Shown in pieces: positions 10,901-18,270 of a stretch of 64,000 bases of DNA. Both the position numbers and the translations under genes were made by a program. The notes beneath the pieces are model-generated. The model worked only from the letters and a program-made list of their open reading frames with translations, searched no databases and was not told the origin of the DNA. Source of the DNA: Candidatus Altimarinota bacterium (GTDB taxonomy: Bacteria > Patescibacteriota > Gracilibacteria > CAIRYL01); the NCBI GenBank assembly GCA_041739085.1, contig JBGSON010000014.1, forward strand, positions 13,410 through 77,409, in the 5' to 3' direction. The first letter of the stretch is position 1. Every line of letters starts with the position of its first letter.

Positions 10901-11965
10901 AAGCCTCCCCTGAGTGACCCGGCTTCTTTCTTTTTTTTCATCAAATACTTTTCTCATATCCATATCCTCCTTGAACCACCACGGCTCTTTTTCTCCATGA
11001 TAAATGTCAGTTATAACCTGGAGAGAATAGAGAAGCGCTTCTCTGGATTCGAGCCCCGCCTTTCTCTGATATTGAAAAAGTTCTGAGAGGCGATCGATGA
11101 TGAGTCCATTCTCAAGGCATGGCGGGAGTAATGTGAAACGGCTCATGATGTCCGGATCCAGGATGAGATCCGGCGTGAGGTGTTTTGAGTTTCTCAGAAG
11201 AAAACAGGTGAGCTCAGGACTCAAGAAATCCGGGAAATGTTCCTGCGCCGCGGCTAGAAGATCCCTTCTCTTCTCATCCAATTTGTAATGTCTCGGTGGC
11301 TTCAGTGAGTGTGAAGTTGTGTTGCATACTTTCGGAGCCATGTATGCATATCCGTGTTCCGTGTACGCTGGTGGAAAATCCCCGCCGTGCTGCATCGCCA
11401 TGAGCCACCCGATTGCGATTTGAGTGTGTCTCATCGCCCATTCAAACGGATGCGTTATGGTTTCATCCCGGAGATAGGGTGCGACAAATCTCGGGTAAAG
11501 CTTTGGTCCGATATGTTCTCCCGACCACTCGTCTGACTGGAATTGCGAGTAGTAGAGCCCCTCTCCGATCTGCTCTTCCGTCGGTTTTCGACATCTCCGG
11601 ATTCCGAGTGTGACGGTTGCCGCATCATCGTAAAGAGCCACCGATCCGACCCTCGTGGTATTGGCGCCACGGATTCTCCTCTCAAAACGCTCGATGATGT
11701 CTTCCGCGCTGCAATGTCTTCCGATGTTGGTGAGCATGCGGCCTTCCACTGATGCCCAGTCGTGGTTCAATGTGAATTTACTCCATTCGCACGTGGGGAG
11801 ACGAAGGTGAAGCGGATTTCTTGTATGATGAGAAGCACGAGTCAGTTCATCCTCAAGTTTGCAGTACGGGGAATTGCCAGAATGCTCTCTGATTTTCTCC
11901 TGCGTTCTCTCTTCAACACATTCCAATTCATGTTCCCGCCATTTTGTACCAAGATCATCTTGCAC
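7922..11965 (-). CDS. giant orphan protein B (1347 aa); its C-terminal module is paralogous to giant protein A
   Basis: Uninterrupted 4 kb ORF with an ATG start and an AT-rich upstream region. The C-terminus (GLLPVGGKIH...LIHANTSLLLPPMPSAEELQ...GRTDMLGRRH) aligns by eye with protein A. Confidence 0.85.
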   Translation of the reverse strand: MQDDLGTKWREHELECVEERTQEKIREHSGNSPYCKLEDELTRASHHTRNPLHLRLPTCEWSKFTLNHDWASVEGRMLTNIGRHCSAEDIIERFERRIRGANTTRVGSVALYDDAATVTLGIRRCRKPTEEQIGEGLYYSQFQSDEWSGEHIGPKLYPRFVAPYLRDETITHPFEWAMRHTQIAIGWLMAMQHGGDFPPAYTEHGYAYMAPKVCNTTSHSLKPPRHYKLDEKRRDLLAAAQEHFPDFLSPELTCFLLRNSKHLTPDLILDPDIMSRFTLLPPCLENGLIIDRLSELFQYQRKAGLESREALLYSLQVITDIYHGEKEPWWFKEDMDMRKVFDEKKERSRVTQGRLEIGNSETGRKIVSEIAAHAAFAFEFVLEAYQIAGYKLAELDGFSITESVQFTARITKMYGIGNPRRAANLLEFVLDFLQEIPSDRRGDATEMLMKHMERQKPRTEIIGRLEGEEAVFNFPGMYGLVHAAFGRERMEREKRDEVTITSGLLKELVEPLRKPLSERAKTPPALRVRSDTCRLLAANLDGVLALPVAKQNLLPAGGSSEITPLLGFLEFYEQVREECGWIDEEVTAPYFSVFALKMPDPFRPPKGFLRFLQKFNRIPDPEYKHSFMCQPNERYAQAERNAERTVDRIMIISNLLDVWIMGLFSWKELMGLFDWMTEEPGEEFKKECETRVRERKIAQRKENEEYRKAHPEEFEDDSWKDDADEETKVGWSESEEAYLQHDIEREYMEPTEEKWQKRFEFVSSQMDYIVALHLLVTTGILTCDEISLPLSCHLVLWKTGKGPEINMGETLFGEQEYSDSLRMIAEFQDLGIINVRAFRESLQHPFLIGNFQSRIKEFFLTLLAVSTCIEEIKTLEWSMMQKLRSQRENGGDTLQEWVSAIAREKDILTEGIKGILFLTDDALDRIFEAHLGIYGYVQVWNTIRSLRTEGEFQKFLDDIGRGNDSRENQELASATSTSLSITTLLGTLTIEQKPETSSRPAIVALREESIQSNPKAVEVRRGGRRSLVPAGISVKHLQPTDSDFRSACKKAIPLARKTIEMWRDNAIGLLPVGGKIHVLHPIETEHFEMFRGLFQFGQTSFRLIHANTSLLLPPMPSAEELQSILYVLDASGVIDSEFPELQVSGVGRLDPYQAGILGSAILLATERGVEYDEKAFSTTHDASTGARMMAYDAGAQNARLPNTNGFSGRTDMLGRRHPNDMKLFQLLHSVLAQEKYGGPFGDFAEEFKKRYLQILRKYGMEQVLDENWICGNGNSTTGAGKRHYENVRVCTDAYFACADRYSETGEEQGIIFEARKLFDWLRESVRVVQESLLENKYRNEASREAVH

Positions 11966-12335
11966 GGAGAATTAAAAAGGCGGCTATAATACCATATAGT
12001 AACAATAAGTCAATAATCAGAAGCTTTTGTTCAGGGCTTTGTATACTGTCTCAATTCAGCGCGACCCGCTTGTCGAAAATAATATTATTCTGCAGAAATC
12101 TTAGGATCAACATACATGGTGAGTCTCATGGCGACCATGTTTCCGGCCGCCATAATGGCATTATTGAATTCACATATGAGAAAGTTTTCTTTTTCAAATG
12201 GGAATGTGGGGACTTCTGCCTCCAGGAGTGAGGAGAAGTCAAGAAACATGTAGTAAAAGGTACAATTTCTCCAGTTAATGATGAAAAAAGTTCGAAGAAT
12301 AATGAGGTTGTCTGAAATAATGGAGTATAGTATTT

Positions 12336-12977
12336 ATGACGCAAAAAAACATGACTCAAAAGACTCACCATGCTCATACGTGTTGTTCGGTAGACCTCGA
12401 TAATGCCGACGGTAAAACATTGAAAACAGTTCTCTATATCGCTTTCTTCATTAATTTTGGAATGTTTCTTGTAGAAGTGGTGAATGGACTCATTGCCCAT
12501 TCAAACGCGCTTCTCGCAGATTCATTGGATATGCTCGGGGACGCATTTGTCTACGCAATCAGCATCGCGGTGCTCTCAAAACACCCGTCAATTCGCGCAA
12601 GAGGATCTTTTGTAAATGGCATTACCATGCTCCTGCTCGGACTTTTTGTCGTAGGTGAAAGCATTTTTAAAATCATCAATCCGGTCATTCCCGTTGCTGA
12701 AACAATGACGATGATCGGACTGCTCGCATTATTCGCAAATGCCACGACGTTTGCGTTACTTTTAAAACACAAAGCAAAAGACCTGACTGTGAGATCGGCA
12801 TGGATCTGTTCCCGAAATGATGTGGTTGCGAATATTGGAGTCATCATTGCCGGACTATTGGTAGCGCGTTTTCACTCAATGTGGCCAGACATCGCGGTCG
12901 GCCTGATCATAGCTTTTATGGTCGTTCGATCGTCATTGCAAATTATCAGGGAGTCGCTCGATCACATAAAACAATAA
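12336..12977 (+). CDS. cation diffusion facilitator (CDF) family metal efflux transporter; membrane domain only
   Basis: LADSLDMLGDAFVY (TM2 HD/DD-type site), CSRNDVVANIGVIIAG (TM5) and a His/Cys-rich N-terminus THHAHTCC. At 213 aa it lacks the usual C-terminal cytoplasmic domain. Confidence 0.8.
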   Translation: MTQKNMTQKTHHAHTCCSVDLDNADGKTLKTVLYIAFFINFGMFLVEVVNGLIAHSNALLADSLDMLGDAFVYAISIAVLSKHPSIRARGSFVNGITMLLLGLFVVGESIFKIINPVIPVAETMTMIGLLALFANATTFALLLKHKAKDLTVRSAWICSRNDVVANIGVIIAGLLVARFHSMWPDIAVGLIIAFMVVRSSLQIIRESLDHIKQ

Positions 12978-13175
12978 ATCATGTGATACACCTGATTCTC
13001 CGCCGTAGGGAGGACGCAAGATTTCTTGTCTCTCCAGGAGAAAAATGAATAAACCGTTTTGTATTCAAATCCGCAATTGATATGATGGTATTACCGTACG
13101 GTTTTGTCGAAGAACGATCCCTGAAGCCCGTATTCGACAGTCAGAAAAGAATTGAGACTTATTACAACGCATTGA

Positions 13176-14450
13176 ATGAGCAGTTTTTCTTCTCCGAGAA
13201 TGAACTTGCGTATTGCGATTATTGGTGGCGGAGCTGCCGGAATGATGTGTGCAGCTCAGATCCATGAAAAATCACCGGATGCACATGTATTCCTAATGGA
13301 CCGAAACGATGGACTCGGGAAAAAAGTGATCATATCCGGGGGAGGGAGATGCAATGTCACCACCGGTATCGGTGATGTAAAAACTGTGCTCACGAATTAT
13401 CCGCGAGGCGCTAAGTTCCTCTCTTTTGCGATGCATGCATTTTCTCCTGCAGATGTGTGCGACTGGTTTGAGCTCCACGGTGTCCCGCTCAAAACCGAAC
13501 ATGATCTCAGGGTATTTCCGGTGTCTGACGATGGATATGACATCGTCCGCGTTTTCGAATCCCTATTCCGTTCACCGAAAACCACAGTGATGCTCGAGTC
13601 CCAGGTCTGGTCTGTCGCGAAACAAGGAAATGAGTTCGTTGTGTATATAAAAGGGAACACAAACCCGATGGTCGTCGACAAACTTGTTCTCACGACCGGC
13701 GGACAAGCATTTCGCCGCACCGGTTCAACGGGAGACGGATATGCTTTTGCCTCTTCGCTCGGGCATAGCATTACTCCGCTTGCTCCGAGTCTCAATGCTT
13801 TTGTTTCGCGCGAAAAATGGCCGGCAGAGGTGTCAGGATTATCATCTGAAAAAGCAACGATCACCGCGAGGCGCGGGAAGAATCCCCGCATCACCGGGCC
13901 ATTTGTGTTCACTCACAGGGGAGTGAGCGGACCTGCCGTGTTCGCGCTCTCCTCACTCCTCGCATTTGAAACATATGATGCGGACACCCCGCTGCAAATA
14001 ACAATCGATCTCCTTCCGGACGAGGTATTTGATGATCTTTGCGTGCAATTCGAAAAACTGGTGCAAACAAACGGCAAAAGACAATTCGTCAATGTTCTTG
14101 CTTCCCTTGTTCCCAAGTCGATCTCCGAAATCATCATCCGTGAACTCGGTATCTCTGAGACAAAACGCGCGAATGAGGTTGCAAAAAAGGATATCCACCG
14201 GTGCGTGATGTGGATCAAGGCTGTACCGATGACAGTGATCCAGCGTGGAGCAGGCGATGAGTTTGTTACCGCTGGAGGAGTCGACCTGACTCAGATAGAT
14301 TCAACAAGCATGGAGTCCAAACTCTGCCCGGGACTCTATTTTGCCGGAGAGATCCTGGACATCGATGGCTTTACCGGCGGATTTAACCTCCAGGCTTCAT
14401 GGGCAACCGGACATTTGGCAGGATCACATATCGGAAGTTGTCAGTCCTGA
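13176..14450 (+). CDS. HI0933/BaiN-family NAD(P)/FAD-dependent oxidoreductase
   Basis: IAIIGGGAAGMMCA dinucleotide fold, GKKVIISGGGRCNVTT and C-terminal GLYFAGEILDIDGFTGGFNLQ. An alternative start is at 13200. Confidence 0.85.
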   Translation: MSSFSSPRMNLRIAIIGGGAAGMMCAAQIHEKSPDAHVFLMDRNDGLGKKVIISGGGRCNVTTGIGDVKTVLTNYPRGAKFLSFAMHAFSPADVCDWFELHGVPLKTEHDLRVFPVSDDGYDIVRVFESLFRSPKTTVMLESQVWSVAKQGNEFVVYIKGNTNPMVVDKLVLTTGGQAFRRTGSTGDGYAFASSLGHSITPLAPSLNAFVSREKWPAEVSGLSSEKATITARRGKNPRITGPFVFTHRGVSGPAVFALSSLLAFETYDADTPLQITIDLLPDEVFDDLCVQFEKLVQTNGKRQFVNVLASLVPKSISEIIIRELGISETKRANEVAKKDIHRCVMWIKAVPMTVIQRGAGDEFVTAGGVDLTQIDSTSMESKLCPGLYFAGEILDIDGFTGGFNLQASWATGHLAGSHIGSCQS

Positions 14451-14712
14451 GGAGAATCTGCAATGGGGATCTCTCAACAAGCTTCTCTTTGTCCTTTTTA
14501 TTCATCCTCTTGATCTCTGCTTCTCGCTTGCGGGCGGATGACTCTGAATCCATGGGCTCTGAATACACGAGCGTTACCGGACCGAATGAACGGGTGTATT
14601 TCGCGCCGGTTCCGGCATTATGGCTCTTTAGCCGCGCAGTGATATCGGTGGCAATGCCGGTGTAGAGACTCCTGTTCGCGCAGCGGACGATGTAAATAGA
14701 CCATTTCGGCAT
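14383..14712 (-). CDS. GIY-YIG nuclease-family protein (UPF0213-like)
   Basis: WSIYIVRCANRSLYTGIATDITARLKSHNAGTGAKYTR...REAEIKRMNKKDK. Its 3' end overlaps the convergent flavoprotein gene by 68 nt. Confidence 0.8.
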   Translation of the reverse strand: MPKWSIYIVRCANRSLYTGIATDITARLKSHNAGTGAKYTRSFGPVTLVYSEPMDSESSARKREAEIKRMNKKDKEKLVERSPLQILLRTDNFRYVILPNVRLPMKPGG

Positions 14713-14790
14713 ATATCGTATTCTACCATATGGACACGAAAGTATATTTTTTGTTTTCCAGGAAGCTCATTTTTCCGTACAATACCGCGC

Positions 14791-14880
14791 GGAGAGATGC
14801 CAGAGTGGTCGAATGGGCTCGACTCGAAATCGAGTAGACCCTTGCGGGTCTCCAGGGTTCGAATCCCTGTCTCTCCGCCA
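14791..14880 (+). tRNA. tRNA-Ser (anticodon CGA), long variable arm, CCA encoded
   Basis: Acceptor stem GGAGAGA/TCTCTCC. Anticodon stem CTCGA/TCGAG with loop CTCGAAA. Variable arm GACCC-ttgc-GGGTC. T arm CAGGGTTCGAATCCCTG. Discriminator G followed by CCA. Confidence 0.9.
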
Positions 14881-14893
14881 TAATTCCTTTTTC

Positions 14894-15244
14894 ATGTCCA
14901 AAAAAGCAAAATCATTTATTTTCCTCGCTTTCCTCTTGCTCATGGTATCCGTTGCAGGCGGCTGCGGGAGTCAACAGGGAGCGAAGAACGATACGAATAC
15001 TCCCAGTACAGAGACCAGCAAAGTCATTGCGCTTGGAGATCTCTCAAAACATAATTCGAAAGAAGACTGCTGGACCGCGGTAGAAGAGGAAGTGTATGAC
15101 ATGACGGACTTCGTCGCCCTCGGAAAACATCCTCCCTCAATTGTCGACGGATGCGGAAAGGATGCGACGGATCTCTTCCTCAGCAAGCATTCCCAAAAGG
15201 CAAAAGATAAGCTGGGGGGTTACTTCATCGGAAAACTTCAATAA
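14894..15244 (+). CDS. lipoprotein with a cytochrome b5-like heme-binding domain
   Basis: Signal peptide plus lipobox MSKKAKSFIFLAFLLLMVSVAGGC, then HNSKEDCWTAVEEEVYDMTDF...HP...CGKDATDLF. The track ORF start (14813) lies inside the tRNA, so I use the ATG at 14894. Confidence 0.7.
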   Translation: MSKKAKSFIFLAFLLLMVSVAGGCGSQQGAKNDTNTPSTETSKVIALGDLSKHNSKEDCWTAVEEEVYDMTDFVALGKHPPSIVDGCGKDATDLFLSKHSQKAKDKLGGYFIGKLQ

Positions 15245-15277
15245 TGACCGTCTCTCTTTTTGATTTCTGCAAGTATC

Positions 15278-16048
15278 ATGAATGAATATCCGATATGGCT
15301 TCTTGGTGCATTGTTCAGTCTTCTCGCAGGTCTTGCGACTGGTCTCGGCGCAATCCCGATCCTCTTCACGAGGAATATCTCGGATAAAATCCAGGATATC
15401 TGCATGGGATTCGGCGCAGGAGTGATGCTTGCCGCAACATCATTCTCACTCATTATCCCTGGACTTGAAGCCGCCGGGGACGGACTTTCTGCAGCAACCA
15501 TCATGGTCTTCGGAATATTACTCGGAGGCATATTTCTCTATCTCGCTGATGTCCTCATCCCTCATGATCATTTCATCCAGGGGCATCATGGGATTGATGC
15601 GGGGAAACTGAAAAAGGTCTGGCTTTTTGTCTTCGCCATCACTCTCCATAATTTCCCGGAAGGAATGGCGGTCGGTGTCGGATTTGGAGGAGGTGATTTC
15701 TCAAATGGACTCTCCCTCGCGATCGGGATTGGTCTCCAAAACATCCCGGAAGGTCTTGTCGTTGCTCTCGCACTCGTTGCAAACCGCTATTCCATAAAGA
15801 AATCTTTTTTCATCGCTCTTCTCACCGGACTTGTGGAACCGATCGGCGGCATCCTTGGCGCCGGTCTCGTCACGTTTTTCCGTTCTTTTCTCCCCTGGGG
15901 CCTTGCGTTCGCAGCCGGAGCCATGCTCTTCGTTATCAGCGATGAAATCATTCCGGAATCTCACAGAAAAGGATTTGCGAAACAGGCGACATTTGGCCTC
16001 ATGGTCGGCTTTGTCATCATGCTCTTCCTCGATGTAACCCTCGGATGA
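15278..16048 (+). CDS. ZIP-family (ZupT-like) divalent metal transporter
   Basis: HNFPEGMAVGVGF and GLQNIPEGLVVALAL motifs. The track start at 15260 is a TTG; the first ATG is at 15278. Confidence 0.85.
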   Translation: MNEYPIWLLGALFSLLAGLATGLGAIPILFTRNISDKIQDICMGFGAGVMLAATSFSLIIPGLEAAGDGLSAATIMVFGILLGGIFLYLADVLIPHDHFIQGHHGIDAGKLKKVWLFVFAITLHNFPEGMAVGVGFGGGDFSNGLSLAIGIGLQNIPEGLVVALALVANRYSIKKSFFIALLTGLVEPIGGILGAGLVTFFRSFLPWGLAFAAGAMLFVISDEIIPESHRKGFAKQATFGLMVGFVIMLFLDVTLG

Positions 16049-16250
16049 GTGACGAACGGGAAAAACTCTTTCCTCTTTCTTTTCTGTTTTCTCCTTTTCT
16101 TTTCCGTTGAAATGCGCTACGATGGAGTCAGTTAATTCCTCTCTCCTCATGCCAGTATAGTTAGAAAGTGCACAATTTGAACTACTCCTGTGCAGTATGA
16201 GATGAGGGTTTTCTTTATATTTCTTTCTTTTCTTTTTTCTCTTTCTTATT

Positions 16251-16523
16251 ATGTCGAAAAAATTATTCGTCGGAAGCCTTGAATGGAGCGTTACCGAAAA
16301 TGACCTTCAACAGGCCTTCTCCTCCTTTGGTGAAATCGAAGAAGTCATCCTCGTGAAGGACAAGTTTTCCGGCAAATCCAAGGGCTTCGGCTTTGTGACC
16401 TTTGTGAATGGCGATGACGCCGACAAGGCCACTGCAGACCTCAATAACACCGACCTCAAAGGACGCAAGATCGTCGTCAATGAGGCACGACCTCTCAAAC
16501 CGAGAGAACCGAGGCCTTTCTAA
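16251..16523 (+). CDS. RRM-type RNA-binding protein
   Basis: RNP-2 LFVGSL and RNP-1 KGFGFVTF. 90 aa. Confidence 0.9.
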   Translation: MSKKLFVGSLEWSVTENDLQQAFSSFGEIEEVILVKDKFSGKSKGFGFVTFVNGDDADKATADLNNTDLKGRKIVVNEARPLKPREPRPF

Positions 16524-16544
16524 TTACCACAGAAATCTAATCTG

Positions 16545-16580
16545 AAAAAGACAGAATGTGTGCAATTCTGTCTTTTTCTT
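16545..16580 (+). terminator. rho-independent terminator after the RRM gene
   Basis: Stem GACAGAAT/ATTCTGTC extended by A/T pairs, 7-nt loop, followed by TTTTTCTT. Confidence 0.7.
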
Positions 16581-16594
16581 TATGAGAGAAAGAA

Positions 16595-16626
16595 AGGTAT
16601 GAAGGTATGAAAGTGTGAAGTTGTAA
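16595..16626. repeat. four degenerate tandem octamers (AGGTATGA AGGTATGA AAGTGTGA AGTTGTAA)
   Basis: Read directly from the sequence. Confidence 0.6.
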
Positions 16627-16743
16627 ATGTCCCAGCCGGATGCTTTTGGTCCAAATAATATTCGTGTTACGACAGAGAACTCCATAGTTTTAAAAAGTTG
16701 ATCTCCGGAATGGAATCCTTTCCTTTTTCAGTTTTGTATTTTG

Positions 16744-16771
16744 TGCTTTGTATTTTGTGCTCTACAATCTG
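16744..16771. repeat. perfect tandem duplication of the 14-mer TTGTATTTTGTGCT
   Basis: Two identical adjacent copies, 22 nt upstream of the ATG at 16793. Confidence 0.9.
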
Positions 16772-16792
16772 CGGTGAGAATATTTCAGATTT

Positions 16793-17236
16793 ATGCTTGA
16801 TATCATCTGGGGACTGAAAACACATGCGATTTTCGATGTCTGGACGATCGAACATATATTGAGCGGACTCTCGGTTGGTCATGCGGTAAAAAAGAACAAT
16901 GAGAAAGTGTTCAAGAAAAAAATGGGTCTTGATCATCATCAGGTGACGACGAACCATTTCGATTATGTCGGAGTCCTTTTCTTCGCGTACCTCTGGGAGA
17001 CGATCGAACATTACCTCGAAACCGGACTCGCGGGAACGACTGTTCAATAGTGGTTTCAGGGCGTTGAATTCTGGCCGAACCGGATTATTTCCGATCCTCT
17101 CTTGCTCATCATCGGATACATGATCACATAAAACTATCCCGTGCTTGTTATTCCGCCCCGGATCCTTTCCCTCATTTGGTTATACATCCACATTTTTGTC
17201 TTCCCCAACAGCATGTATCTCCATACGATGTGGTGA
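16793..17236 (+). pseudogene. small multi-pass membrane protein gene interrupted by an in-frame TAG (17048) and TAA (17129)
   Basis: The 85-aa ORF (..FAYLWETIEHYLETGLAGTTVQ) continues in the same frame after the TAG as WFQGVEFWPNRIISDPLLLIIGYMIT. After the TAA it continues as NYPVLVIPPRILSLIWLYIHIFVFPNSMYLHTMW, ending at the TGA at 17234. All three segments look like membrane protein. Confidence 0.45.
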
Positions 17237-17256
17237 TAGTGCGGCAAAGGAGGAGG

Positions 17257-17310
17257 AATGTTGCATGCAATAATCGCACAATTCAATGGAGAAACCTTGC
17301 ATGCAACATT
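17257..17310. repeat. inverted repeat AATGTTGCATGCAA ... TTGCATGCAACATT (26-nt spacer) between convergent gene ends
   Basis: 14-nt arms read directly. Each arm contains the self-complementary core TTGCATGCAA, which also occurs at 30605-30614. Confidence 0.8.
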
Positions 17311-17322
17311 TCCACCAGAGGA

Positions 17323-18243
17323 CTATATTTTCGGTACAGAAAATTCCATTGTCTCCTCTACGGTGCAGAGATCATGGATGGAGACATCAGGATATTTTTT
17401 CTGCAATTCCTCTACAATCCCTGTAACAAGATATTCCGGCGATGAAGCACCTGAAGTTATCCCGAGGGTATCAATGCCGCGAAGAATGTCAAAAGGAATA
17501 CTTTTCCCGTCATCAATGAGGATGCTCCGGACTCCTTCTCTTTCGGCGGTTTCCATGAGCCGTTTTGAATTCGAACTCGATTCCGATCCGATAATGAGGA
17601 TGAGATCCGACTCACGGGAAAGTTCTTTTACCGCATTCTGGCGGTTTTGGGTTGCATAACAGACATCCGTGGCGCTCGGAGTGATGATATGCGGAAACTT
17701 CCTCTTCATGGCTTTCATGATGCCGTGAGTCTCATCTACGGAAAGTGTCGTTTGAGTGATGACTCCAACCTTGTGCGTCCGAAACTCTCCCTCATGAATT
17801 TGTTCGGCATCCTTCTTCGTTTCGATGAGCGTCATGTCCGAAACCCCCATGGTCCCGATCACTTCCGGATGTCCCCGGTGCCCGATAAAAAAAACCTTTA
17901 CCCCCGTTTCAGAAAATTTCTTTGCTTCTCGGTGCACCTTCAAAACGAGTGGACAGGTCGCATCGATGATGTGGAGTTTTCTTGATTCTGCCTCCTTCCG
18001 GAATTCCGGGGAAACACCGTGAGCGGAAAAAACATACACTGAATTTTCTGGTATATCTGTAACATGATCGGTAAAAATGACTCCCCTCTTCCGGAAAGAA
18101 TCCACGACATGATTGTTGTGGACGATCTCATGATTCGCATATATCGGCTTCCCGTATGTGAGAAGAGCTCTCTCCATGATTTCAAGCGCTCTGCGGACCC
18201 CGGCGCAAGGACCTCTCGGCGATGCGAGGATAATGCGTCTCAT
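17323..18243 (-). CDS. ispH: 4-hydroxy-3-methylbut-2-enyl diphosphate reductase
   Basis: ASPRGPCAGVRRALEIME, FSAHGVSP, IDATCPLVLKVH, GHRGHPEV. Confidence 0.9.
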   Translation of the reverse strand: MRRIILASPRGPCAGVRRALEIMERALLTYGKPIYANHEIVHNNHVVDSFRKRGVIFTDHVTDIPENSVYVFSAHGVSPEFRKEAESRKLHIIDATCPLVLKVHREAKKFSETGVKVFFIGHRGHPEVIGTMGVSDMTLIETKKDAEQIHEGEFRTHKVGVITQTTLSVDETHGIMKAMKRKFPHIITPSATDVCYATQNRQNAVKELSRESDLILIIGSESSSNSKRLMETAEREGVRSILIDDGKSIPFDILRGIDTLGITSGASSPEYLVTGIVEELQKKYPDVSIHDLCTVEETMEFSVPKI

Positions 18244-18270
18244 GAAAATAAATAAATGATGGTGCTCCTG

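Noticed and set aside
11966-12335. czcD (NiCo)-type riboswitch, or a small gene, upstream of the CDF transporter.
   Set aside because: The region is AT-rich, and I cannot find the GC-rich four-way-junction elements expected of the NiCo riboswitch. The ORFs there are short or overlap the CDF start.
14813-14893. Upstream extension of the cytochrome b5-like lipoprotein ORF.
   Set aside because: It would be translated through the tRNA-Ser gene. The ATG at 14894 gives a canonical lipoprotein signal peptide.
16667-17047. 126-aa minus-strand ORF opposite the interrupted membrane-protein gene.
   Set aside because: The plus-strand frame gives coherent hydrophobic helices and internal W-x-IEH-x-L repeats, whereas the minus-strand translation is unstructured and charged.
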